A program made the position numbers and the translations under genes. Source: Trichinella spiralis (lineage: Eukaryota). Taken from it: a stretch of DNA of 64,000 nt. Positions 1 to 10,714 of the stretch are shown here, piece after piece; position 1 is the first letter of the stretch; each line of letters begins with the position of its first letter. The DNA is taken from contig NW_003526944.1 of NCBI RefSeq assembly GCF_000181795.1, positions 2,159,434 through 2,223,433 of the forward strand, read 5' to 3'. The notes below the pieces were generated by a model. That model was given only the letters and a program-made list of their open reading frames with translations. It ran no database searches and was not told the origin of the DNA.

Positions 1-298
1 CATGTTGGAATTTGAGATTTCAAAATTTTAAAAATGCTCTACATAAATGGAAGTTCATTTATTATACAAAAAGACACTTTCAAATGAATAATTTGCAAAT
101 GAAAGCTTGTTTAGCTACGGAAAAATGATTTGCAATAGACGCAGATGCCTTTAATGGACAAACACAACGCGCGCAGCGTTAAAAGTGGTTTAAGTGAGAT
201 GAAAATTATTGTAAAGATGAATTTTTACCTCATCTTGACATAATATGAAAAACAAAAAGTACCGTTTCACAGCAAAAGATATCTTACTTATTACAAAC
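1..298. repeat. Degenerate repeat copy A, direct repeat of 1244-1548
   Basis: Aligns colinearly by eye with 1244-1548 over ~300 bp (shared blocks ctacataaatggaagtt, ttagctac, taaagatgaatt, cataatatgaaaaa, atatcttac). Truncated by the window start. Confidence 0.85.
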
Positions 299-892
299 TT
301 AGGTAACTTAATAATTAAACAGAGGAATTATCTTCCTAACACTGCCTTACAAAATAAGCACACAGAAGAAATCGCATTTACCTCGTCTCATCTCTTGTTC
401 TGCTTCGTGCGGTCCGCGATTTGGTTCGTGTCGCCCGCGTCTTCACTTTTTTTCACTTTATAGCTGTAAAAATGATATTTAGTTAAAAATGCTCTCACAT
501 CATCACGTAGTAAAAGTAGCAAGAAACTGAAAACTGTATTTAGAAATATAATAATCAACTGCTTTTTAGCTATTAGATAATTATTTACAAAATAAGTATA
601 AAATTGTTTTGAAAAAAAGTAACACAAGGTAAACAAAGGAGGAATTACTTTACAGCAATTGAAAATAGATTTCAGCAACTATTTAGCGTCATGAACTGAG
701 ACAACATTTTCCAACGCTACCACTTGCCACGTAAGTCAAACGAACGAGTGCACCCTTACTGACGATAAGGCACCTTTTATGGCGATCGCTATTTGCATAG
801 CGCAGCGCTGGAAACCGGTTTTTGTGCAATGAAACTTCTTACTGAAGATAAACTCTAACGCAATATAATATGAGCAGGAGAAATGCACTGTT

Positions 893-940
893 CAATTTGA
901 AAATTCAAAAATGACCTTGACGTTTACAATTCAATCAAAA
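893..940. repeat. Start of another copy of the same repeat, cut by the assembly gap
   Basis: caatttgaaaattcaaaaatgaccttgacgtttacaattcaatcaaaa closely matches 1133-1180 (caatttgaaattcaaaaataggccttgacgtttgcaattcagtcaaaa). Confidence 0.8.
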
Positions 941-1046
941 NNNNNNNNNNNNNNNNNNNNNNNNNNNNNNNNNNNNNNNNNNNNNNNNNNNNNNNNNNNN
1001 NNNNNNNNNNNNNNNNNNNNNNNNNNNNNNNNNNNNNNNNNNNNNN
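941..1046. other. Assembly gap (N run)
   Basis: Run of N bases flanked by repeat copies. Confidence 1.
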
Positions 1047-1132
1047 AATCCAGGATTTTCGACAATGATACCTTTTTTCGGGAAGATTAACTTTAACTCA
1101 CATGAATTGGGGCAGGGGGAAACTGCGTGGGT

Positions 1133-1548
1133 CAATTTGAAATTCAAAAATAGGCCTTGACGTTTGCAATTCAGTCAAAATATAAACTATTTGGCAGAAA
1201 ACGACATAACAAAAAACATTGACTAAGTCAAAACACGTATTCGCATGTTTGAATTTGAAATTTGAAATTTCAAAATTCAAAAATGCCCTACATAAATGGA
1301 AGTTGATTTTTGATGCAAAAAGACGCTTTCAGGTGAATAATTTTAAAGTAGAAGCTTGCTTAGCTACTGAAAAGATGATTTACAATAGATACTGATTGCT
1401 TATTTGGACAAAACTTACGGGCGCAGCATTAAAAGTAGTTTACGTGAAATAGAAATTCTTCTAAAGATGAATTCTCACCTCATCTCCACATAATATGAAA
1501 AAGAAACAGTACAGTTTTATAGCATAAAATATCTTACATATTACAATC
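1133..1548. repeat. Degenerate repeat copy C
   Basis: 5' part matches 893-940; 3' part (1244-1548) matches 1-298. Confidence 0.85.
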
Positions 1549-3142
1549 TAAAAGTGACAAAAAATTGACTTAGGCACAACACACCTACGTATGTCTGAAA
1601 GTTTTTTAAGGTCAGAAAACCAAGTAGCTCATATAAAGCTAATTTTATGTGAGCAATTTTCTGGCAAAAGCTTGTTTACAGTTAGTTGAACTTGCGTGTT
1701 AGCTACTGAAAATTCTTATTCAATTTCGAAAGACCATCTTCTAATAATAGATATACAATGAATACAGGGTGCTATTAAATCGAACTTAATTGTACGAAAA
1801 TTTGTCGTTGATTAAGTCACCCATCATCTCATATTGATAATTCATAAAGAGTATATTGAGAAATTATACTCAATATTGTGAAAGTGATTACGCCATAAAA
1901 GAAAAAAAACTGCCACTTACTGTCAGTTGAGTCGTCTTCCCATTGTTGATATTCATGCTCTTTGAATGTGGATTAAAAAATTATTTTTCAGAAATTATTC
2001 CAAAAAATAATAATGAATAAAAAGAAAGCAAATCTATGGTTTGGCGTTCAACGTTGGCTGCAGTTAATTTTCCAATCAATACGCAGCTCTTCCATCCACG
2101 GTCGGCGTCAAACTAAAATTATTTCCAGTATGTGAATAAAGCAAATGAACTCGCATGCAAATTTTTATTTTCTTCATCGCTGCTGATAAACATCACTAGT
2201 GCACATATTTCATTTCGCATTATTTACTTAACTAATGCACTTTATTTGAGAGAAAACTTGATTGCAGCCGTAAATTGTTAAAACATAAGAAGTATGTTTT
2301 ATCATTGAAATTTTACCTGGATGCAGTTTGGTTCATTTGTGCTTTTGCTACGCGGCACTATATTTCATACAAAATCACTGAAATCAATTTAATCACGGGC
2401 ACAACATTCGCTTTTCTCTGATTGGCCTCTTACTTTGCAACTTTCTTATCGGTGATTTGGCAATCAATATACTGTATGTTACAGTACTTTTAAGTTAATT
2501 TCCATAAGTATATTTTTACAATATACTTAAAGTGATTTTTCTCCGTTCCAATTTCAGCTGGCTCTTTTCCTATCTATGCTTTCGATTCTTTTTTTCTATG
2601 AGATAAAAATGTCCATCCAGTTGCGTCGTAAATGTTAAAAAACATTTCTGTAATTATGATATTTACATAATCAAACAATACAGTAATTATCTCATTGAAT
2701 TATGAATAGAATGTTGCCAACTAATTAGAATCAGAAAAATAAAAAACACTTAAAACATAAACATAATAATTAGTACATTTTCCATTAGGTGGTTCTATAT
2801 TTAGGGAAGGCATTGACCTACAATTATTTCAATTATGTGCAATCAAACCGACATTTCGCTAATGATCCGTATGATCATATCACTTCATTTGATTTTTGCT
2901 ACTACAGTTGTATTTAAAAAGGGCGTTTCAGAAGAATACGAAAATTTTTTGTAAACTTAATCCACTGATAAAAAGTAAGTTTCTTTGTTCAATCATCATC
3001 TCAATATTAACTCTTCATTGACTGTGGTCTATATTAACTTAATTATCAGTTCGGTACTTTACCGTATTTTACTAATTCCGTTGAAATGATATCAATGTCA
3101 GATATCATAATCAAATATTACTACTGGATGTGGATCGCAATC

Positions 3143-3695
3143 TGTAATGATAATTAGGACGGCAGGCGGTGAGCTTTGAGACTGAAATGTTGGCGTTTCC
3201 AATAGTAGGGGAGTGGTGGGGAATAACGGGGCGGAACGTTTGGGATAAGCAGGTCGCCACTGTAACCAAAAGTATTTTTAAACAGCAAAGCATTTTGGAA
3301 AAATACCACCAAAAACCTAGAGTAAACAACGAAAAATGCGTAGTCGTTGCGTAGCCTCTCCTGTACAATGTCTCCAATACAATAAATATTTACACAGCCT
3401 CTCAATCTCCATCCCCCGTCGCGGTTTCAAGAACGGAGTGGTAAACCGCCCCTCCACTGCATTTTCGGACTTGGCGCCAAAGTCCGCTCCTTTTAATACA
3501 AGGTGAAAGCGTAATCATCCCTACTCCACTGGGTAGGCAAAACGCGACATCTCCGTTCACCTGAAAGCTTCGCGAAAGCACTGACTCTCCACACATCCAG
3601 AGCAGGCGAAAAAACAAAGTCTCAACGAAATTTTCAGCGCGGGTAGCGCCGGCTTTCCCCGTTTACGTTCACCTTCATAAGCAGTGAATGTTACA
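3143..3695. mobile_element. Possible LTR-retrotransposon remnant / solo-LTR-like GC-rich islet
   Basis: Markedly GC-richer than its flanks. Begins TGTAA (3143) and ends TTACA (3695), with an internal purine tract (3204-3237) and AATAAA (3381). No target-site duplication or coding remnant seen. Confidence 0.3.
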
Positions 3696-4717
3696 AAAAA
3701 TATGTTAATTTTAAAATCGAATTTTCAAATAATACAAACTTTTCAATTAAACGCGAAGTTGAGAAAATACAATCGTTACCAACTAAATATATAATTTTAT
3801 TTCTGATTTATAATACAAAAGAAAATGCAGCTTCAACCGTTGCACCTATTCATGCATTAACACTGCATCTATTCATGACAATAATAAGCACAACAAAACG
3901 TCCTTACACATATAACCACAATCTAATGCATCATATTGTACAATTGTGTATTTGGTGCGATAAAATTAATAATTATTATGATCACATAATGTTGTATTGA
4001 AAAAACTGAATATAGCATGCTAAACATGGCAAGCACTGATTAGCACCACAACAAAGAGAACAACTAGCCGCTTGGCAGACAAATGCCGAACAGTAGAATT
4101 TCATAAAAAAGGCTTCGTAAATTAGAAATTCAGAACGAGAAATCAAAATTGCCTAATTTATTTGCATATTAGGCCCTTGAATTCACACAACATTTAGCGT
4201 TGGTGTAGTCGTTGACTATGTATTAAAAAGGACAATTTGAAAAATTTGCAACTGATAATGTAATAACTTGATTGTCATTATTTCTTTGAGGGTTATTTCT
4301 GTTCAGTTTTACAGTCAACAAATGATGTGCATGGAATGCATACGAACGAATTCGTAGAATTATATGAAAAAAAAACTTGAAAATAAAAATCAAAAAATTT
4401 CTTTTGAAATTACATACAAACACTTGCTAATTGGATTGTTAAATTGAATTAAAACATAAACTGACGTAAAATTCATACTGTAATTTATTGAACATTTTTG
4501 CCTTTGCCCTAAAAGAATGCAATATCGTAACTGCAAGACGTTGCTCATTTCTTATTATACTTTCTTTGTACAAGTTGAATTGCTGATACTGATAAAAAAT
4601 GATTACCTACTGTTGTAGGATATCGTGTAACTTAAATCCACATAATATAGTACTGTAACTGTTTGGTCAACTTTTGCAAACGTTGATATTGAATAAACAA
4701 ACGTTCTTACCAGCAGC

Positions 4718-5647
4718 ATGTCGTTTCCGAAGCTAGGACACAGAATTCTTGGTGGACTTGTTGAAAAGTTTCGCTTTTTCGATAAATCTTGCAGCAGTTT
4801 AGTGCCAGCTTATAAACCTGCTGGGGAGGAAGAGCTTGCAGAATTCAAAAAATACTTACACAGCATGCGATTTCTGTTTGTCATAACCGGTGCTGGAATT
4901 TCAACTGAAAGTGGCATTCCTGATTATCGGTCCGAAGGAGTTGGTAGATATGCAAGATCTCACCTGAAACCAATTCAGTACGTTGATTTTTTAAACAGTG
5001 CACGGGTTCGTAGGCGATATTGGGCGCGAAATTATGTAGCCTGGCGACAGTTTTCCTCTGTTAAGCCAAATCGTACTCACGCGATTCTAAACGATTGGGA
5101 AAAGAATGGCTGGATCCATTGGATGGTCACGCAAAATGTGGACAATTTGCACTGCAAAGCTGGAAGCCACAGAGTTACTGAATTGCACGGTAACGGCTTT
5201 CGAGTTCGCTGCATTAGCTGCGAACGACGTTGGAATCGGGATGAATTGCAGTCGTACATGCAGAAGCTGAATCCACATTGGGAAGCACAAGTGAAACAGT
5301 TGGCTCCGGATGGAGATGTAGATTTGGACAATGACTTGGAAAAAAACTTTCGCATGCCAGTTTGTGATAACTGCCGAGGTATTCTCAAGCCAGATATTGT
5401 ATTTTTTGGTGAAAATGTTCCAATTCGAACTGTGCATTTTGTTGAAGATCGGCTTTCAGAATCGGACGGACTGCTTGCCGTTGGCACTTCACTACAGGTG
5501 CTTTCAGTATTTCGTCTTGTACACATTGCTTACGAAATTAAGATGCCAATTTTAATTGTAAATATTGGTCCAACTCGAGCGGATGATTTAGCGACGATAA
5601 AAATATCGTCAAATTGTAGTCAAGTTTTAGCAACTGCATACGAGTAA
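4718..5647 (+). CDS. SIRT4: NAD-dependent deacylase sirtuin-4 (class II, mitochondrial type), single exon, 309 aa
   Basis: Sirtuin motifs GAGISTESGIPDYRSEGVG, RRRYWARNY, TQNVDNLH, ELHG, Zn-binding CxxC pairs, APDGDVDL, LKPDIVFFGENVP, GTSLQV, NIGPTRAD, typical of SIRT4/sir-2.2. Confidence 0.96.
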   Translation: MSFPKLGHRILGGLVEKFRFFDKSCSSLVPAYKPAGEEELAEFKKYLHSMRFLFVITGAGISTESGIPDYRSEGVGRYARSHLKPIQYVDFLNSARVRRRYWARNYVAWRQFSSVKPNRTHAILNDWEKNGWIHWMVTQNVDNLHCKAGSHRVTELHGNGFRVRCISCERRWNRDELQSYMQKLNPHWEAQVKQLAPDGDVDLDNDLEKNFRMPVCDNCRGILKPDIVFFGENVPIRTVHFVEDRLSESDGLLAVGTSLQVLSVFRLVHIAYEIKMPILIVNIGPTRADDLATIKISSNCSQVLATAYE

Positions 5648-5706
5648 GTATTATTACAGTTATCAGTTCCTTTATTGAAAAGGAATTATTTTTATTTGTA
5701 CTGTTT

Positions 5707-6435
5707 TCATGGAATGTTTGTAAGAAATAAATTTGGAAAAAAACGTATTCCTTCGATAGTTTCATCTCTGCAAAGCAGGCCGTCGTCTTCTGCGTCCAGC
5801 AGTAGCTCTTTGGCTAATAGCATAGGTATTTGGCGCTTCTGCGATAGTTGTTCGGCAGTTAAACTACCATTTTCTTCCATCAGATTTACAAGTACCGTTT
5901 TCATTTTCGAAGGATCGTGATCTTTGTTCACTAATACTCGTAACTGACTCCGGAATGTGACCATTCTTATTGGTGATGTTGAACTGTTTATCAGCTTGCA
6001 GGCGCGGAAAAAATCTGAAGGTGAAATCAAGTCGAAACCTCGAGCACGGTTCACCCGTACGTAAGCGTCGAATAAAGTTAACATTCCACCCGATTCAGAT
6101 ATGGGATCCGACAAAATTGCTATGCATTCTTCAGAGAGTTTAGAAAAATAAGAAGAAGAAGATTCGACCTTTTCTCGTGTGACCGGTTCCTCAATTCCCA
6201 AACTCAACAGATGAGCTTTCAGTTGAACTGCTTCATCCTCAGTAATTGCACCTTTCTTCTTCGAAATTTCACCAGTAATTTCTTTTGCCAGTGATACCAT
6301 ATCTTTCGCCATTGTTATCAGTGGTGTCAAATCTTCGAAAGCTTGACTGATACTTTGCGAATTTTGATCGCGTTTCGCCTCTAGCTGACGTTCGATGCTG
6401 ATTATTCCTGCCCGACGCATTTTTTCAATATTTAT
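5707..6435 (-). CDS. VPS36: Vacuolar protein sorting 36 (ESCRT-II subunit), helical/winged-helix C-terminal portion; 5' exons unresolved
   Basis: AGIISIERQLE...ISQAFEDL..L..MAKDMV, GAITEDE, LLSLGIEEPVTRE, VNRARGFDLISPSD, LLAKELLLDAE..GLLCRDETIEGIRFFPNLF match the VPS36/EAP45 C-terminus. Acceptor ttgcag before 6435; first in-frame ATG at 6420. Confidence 0.92.
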   Translation of the reverse strand: MNIEKMRRAGIISIERQLEAKRDQNSQSISQAFEDLTPLITMAKDMVSLAKEITGEISKKKGAITEDEAVQLKAHLLSLGIEEPVTREKVESSSSYFSKLSEECIAILSDPISESGGMLTLFDAYVRVNRARGFDLISPSDFFRACKLINSSTSPIRMVTFRSQLRVLVNKDHDPSKMKTVLVNLMEENGSLTAEQLSQKRQIPMLLAKELLLDAEDDGLLCRDETIEGIRFFPNLFLTNIP

Positions 6436-8218
6436 CTGCAAATGAAACTGGAAAATAAATCCTTCCAGCGAATTCTCATGTGTTCGAATTAAGTGAAACA
6501 GCAATAAGCAGTAAATTTAATTTTATGAAGCAATAAAAAACTTACATCGCTCAGTAGTAAATGTTGCTAGGCACTTTTTCAAACAGAACCTTAACATAAA
6601 TTATAGCATTAAACTAATGATCACAGTTCGATAGGACAACGGAAATCATCCAGTTGGTTCTGTTTAGAAGAAGAAAACATTGAAATGCCACTTATTTTCG
6701 TTACAAAAAGATACAGTAACAAGTAAAAGATTAAAAGTACATACAGTATGAAGTAAAAAAAATTACTTCAACTGTGTAATAGTTTAAATAATTCACTTTT
6801 GTAATGGATAATACGTTCTGCCGTTTGAAAAAGTTACAATTTTTTAAATCCGTTCAAATAACTCGATCACCATTTCAATCGTATGCTTTACTTGTACTCA
6901 GATATGCAATTGTTGCGTAAATTTATTTTTGCTGAGTTTAAATTAAAAAAAATTTTCTGAAAGTAAACCTGGAGAAATATTTTTCAGTTAACAGCACTTT
7001 ATGACAACTGATAAATACGATTTTTTACTGCAAATTATTTCGCTAGTATCATCAAGTCAGTGAACATTTGAATGAATATTAAAAGCAGTTAAGTATAATC
7101 AGTGGATAAATTTTGAAAAAGCTAAAACTGAATTTTCAAATTCCCTAAATAACCCCACAGAAATATCAATACTTGTTATGGTTAGTAATACTGTTTTCTT
7201 CGTTCCTACTGTATAATAGTCAGGTTTAATTGTTAATAATTAATTTATGTAGCAATTTTTTTCAGTAACTTTACCAGCAATATTCGTCTCGCAGAATCGC
7301 GCGGTACATTTATTTTTACATTTTACAAACGAGTATTTTGTTGATTTCGCTAGAAATCAAAACACGAGTAATTTGCCTAAACAAAAAAATGACAGTCATT
7401 ACAAAGTAAAATAAGTTCACAGTATTCATTCACATTATACTCCAAAAGCTAAGCAGAATTGCAAAGAAAACACATTTCATCAGATGTCGTGATTTTTTTG
7501 AACGGTGCTTTACACGGTTGATAAGTCGTTGAAATTTTTTTTTAATTAGATCAACTGAAATACACAAGTATTTAATGATTGAAAAATGAAATGTTGTCCC
7601 TACTGACTTTTTCACTTGATCAACGGTACTTGTTGCTAGTGGATTCCACCGGCAACAAGGGTACAATTGGCGTTTAAAAAATGATATCGTATAACGTGAA
7701 AGCGGTGTCGCTATTTGGAATCAAGTTAAATTTGAATCAACTTTCCTACATTTGCTATTACTTTGCAAAGTGTCATAAATTATTAGAGTTGGTGAAAAAT
7801 GTTTGCCGGCGTTGTTGAAACGTAAAGTGGATTCTGAATTACCTACCGACGACTGACAAGGCTAACTTTTCACTGAGCATCATCTCGCAGTCATCAACAG
7901 CCAATCTGCTGCTTTACACGCAAGAGAGAGAAAGAAATTGCGCGCAACATTTGCTAAATTATAAACTTAACATTGCTCCAAGCAGTTCAGTGTTCCTTCC
8001 AATGAATCGTTGACTACGTGCGCGTTCATTCAATTCAGTGGGCATTTTATTCACGTTTGCTGTTCCGAGTTTGCAGCAGCTTCAAAAAAGAAAAATCACT
8101 AAAATTCCCACCTCATCCAATACACATCCCGACCAATTCGGCCCGTTGCAGGTGATTTTGCAATTGCGCTTCACGTGCTAAAAGGCAACGCAATCACTTT
8201 TCAGTTAAACAGAATAAA

Positions 8219-9214
8219 ATGGAAGCTGTACAACAATGGCCAACGTTCGACACGTTCCACGCGTTGATGCAGCACGATTTTCACAGCAAGCTCGTCGATT
8301 TGGCCTGCGATGCGAACAGCCTGCCCGACGACATCATCGGCCATCAGCTGGTCGAATTCTACTTGTCCACTTTGATGGACGTGCTCAACCGTCTGTTGGA
8401 GCCTTTGAAAGAAGACCAAGAGGCGAGGTATCTGAGCGTCGGGTGTGGCTTCGCGCTCGGATGCGCCTTGTTCGAGTGCAACTTTCCGGGCAAAATTTAC
8501 ATCGGCACTTACAACCCCGACGCCATGCAAATACTGCAACAATGGAAAGACGGTGGCGACCAGTGGCCAGCTTGGAACCTGCAGCCGATTATCACGTTTC
8601 TGGTGGAATTTTTCAAAAAAGACTCCTGCGAAGCTTATTACAGCATTCGTCAAAGGGCAAGTTTAGATTTGTTTCAATTAAATTCATTCCATTTTTCCTC
8701 TTTCGATTAATTAAATTAATCGAATCAATCTCATATCAACGTATCGATTTGAAGAACAGCATGCGTGCTATAACGAAATTTTTTCTATAATGCATTTCGA
8801 TATTGTTTGAAAAATGTTCCACTCTTTGAATAGATTGAACAAATTTTTCTGCTCGACGTGAACAGCAGTGAAAAGTTTGTCGAAGAAAATGGTCGCTATG
8901 ATTTGATCAGCTGCTTTCTGAGCAATCAGCTGTTGTCGAATGACGACAATTTGAAACAGACGTTGAACAATTTGATGAATATACTGAAGCCGTCGCGCAG
9001 TTTGGTACTCTGCGGAACGGCAGCCAATTTCGACGAAATCAACAAACTGAGAAGCACCGTCGAACAGAACGGCTTGGAAGTGGGCGAATGGTACGACTAC
9101 TATTATCCCATGCAAATTAAGAACATCCACGGCGAGATGACGCCCAGCGAAAGTCACTTTGTCTGTGTGGTGAACAGCGGATCAAATGATGGCTTTTTCT
9201 CCTGGTCAATTTGA
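8219..9214 (+). CDS. NNMT/PNMT/TEMT-family small-molecule methyltransferase-like protein; exons 8219-8656 and 8834-9214
   Basis: The spliced product follows the NNMT motif order: YLSVGCG (motif I), KIYIGTYNPDAMQILQQWK, WNLQPIITFLVE, IRQRIEQIFLLDV, YDLISCFL, LNNLMNILKPSRSLVL. Both ORFs join in phase 0 through a GCAAGT donor and a TAG acceptor. Confidence 0.72.
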
Positions 9215-9676
9215 CTTGATTTGATTTGATTCGATTCGATTAATTATTAATCCTCTTAAAAACAGCATATAAACAGTGAACAACAATTGCTTTTTTAGTT
9301 TTTATTTTTTTTTTATTCTTAAAACGCATTGCCCCTCTTGGAAAACTGCCTTCCTTGTTGATTTAAATAATTACAAAGAAACAATATCAAATGTTCGTAG
9401 GGTTTAAAATTTTCAGAGAAAAATATTTAGAAAAGAAAGAAAGAAAGAAAGAAAGAAATAGCCACTTTTACAATTTATTTTTACACTCAATCGATGCATT
9501 GACGTCACGTTAGTAGAAGGGTTTAAAGTAGTAGTTGTTTAAAAAAATTGGATGATTAAAATACTTTAAACTAAACTGCAGATTAAAATTCTTGCTTGTT
9601 ATTGCCGTGTTATGCGATTCTCACAACTGACACTAAATTGGACGACCACTGTTTGTTTATCTCTTAAACATCAGCC

Positions 9677-10714
9677 ATGTTCACCTATTGGATGTTTTTT
9701 GCTCTGCTATTTCCAATTATTTTATCGTTTTGTCCCCATCAACTGGATCTCGGATACAAAGGTTATTACAACGGCAAAACAGACGAATGCATCACCTATG
9801 TCAATCTGGATGATCAAGGTCTGAACGGTGTAAATGACGGATACGAAGAAGCAAAAATACTGTGTGGACAATTTTACAACGGCCACTTAGCCCACATGAC
9901 AATGGGCCATGTTACAATAGGGAACGTTCCCAATAATGCGAAAGATTGGGATGCTTTTTATTTGGACTTGCCCTATGAAAAATTCTGGGAAGAAAGAAAT
10001 GGCGTTTATTTGGACGGATGGAAAATAAATGGCATAAAATTGACAGATAATGCCACACGGCAAGAGGACGAATGCGTGGCCACGTTGACCATTTACGATG
10101 ATCGATCGAAAAGTGAATTTGAAAGCACCGAATCATGCAATGAATTTTTTCCAGTTAGAGGAAAAAGTGGAATTTTTTTCGACTGCAACAACACAGACTT
10201 GTACAGTCGAACCAATCCAGGATGCGCCGTGTTCGCTTATGGCAATTTGAATAGCTATACATATTTGACACTGATACCGTGCAAGAGCAGAGCGTGGACT
10301 GGATTTTTCTGCTCAAGCAAGAGAATGAAAAATTGTCAAAAGAAAGCGCCGTCGTCGACATACGAGGCGGGCAGCACATTTTGCACTTGTCTGCCAGGCT
10401 TTGCCGGTGAATATTGTGAAATAGAAATGAAAAGTGATGAACAACTGGACTGCGGACCTTGGGGAGTCCGTATTAACTTGAATGGTAGTCAAGTTTGCGG
10501 GTGTTTCAACGATGCATACGGAAATCGCTGTGAAAGTCAATACTATGACTACGAAGAATATCAAGATTACAAGATTGAATGGAACTTTCTTTGTTATGCA
10601 ACTTTTCCAATAGTACTATTACACATTGTTTTGCTGATACTGATAAGCTGTTGCCAATGGAACGGCTTCATTTCAATTTTGCAAGCCTATCCGAAGAAAC
10701 CCAATTCCAAATAA
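9677..10714 (+). CDS. Type I membrane protein: signal peptide, C-type-lectin-like domain, two EGF-like modules, TM helix; single exon, 345 aa
   Basis: Hydrophobic N-terminus; CTLD-like pattern (C..Y...YEEAKILCGQFYNGHLAHM ... CAVF...LIPC.....FFC); EGF patterns CTCLPGFAGEYCE and CGCFNDAYGNRCE; TM segment FLCYATFPIVLLHIVLLILISCC; short cytoplasmic tail. Confidence 0.8.
   Translation: MFTYWMFFALLFPIILSFCPHQLDLGYKGYYNGKTDECITYVNLDDQGLNGVNDGYEEAKILCGQFYNGHLAHMTMGHVTIGNVPNNAKDWDAFYLDLPYEKFWEERNGVYLDGWKINGIKLTDNATRQEDECVATLTIYDDRSKSEFESTESCNEFFPVRGKSGIFFDCNNTDLYSRTNPGCAVFAYGNLNSYTYLTLIPCKSRAWTGFFCSSKRMKNCQKKAPSSTYEAGSTFCTCLPGFAGEYCEIEMKSDEQLDCGPWGVRINLNGSQVCGCFNDAYGNRCESQYYDYEEYQDYKIEWNFLCYATFPIVLLHIVLLILISCCQWNGFISILQAYPKKPNSK

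Noticed and set aside
2050..2112. In-frame TGA in a minus-strand exon-like segment, considered as selenocysteine
   Set aside because: Another frame is open and phase-consistent; no selenoprotein similarity or SECIS recognised.
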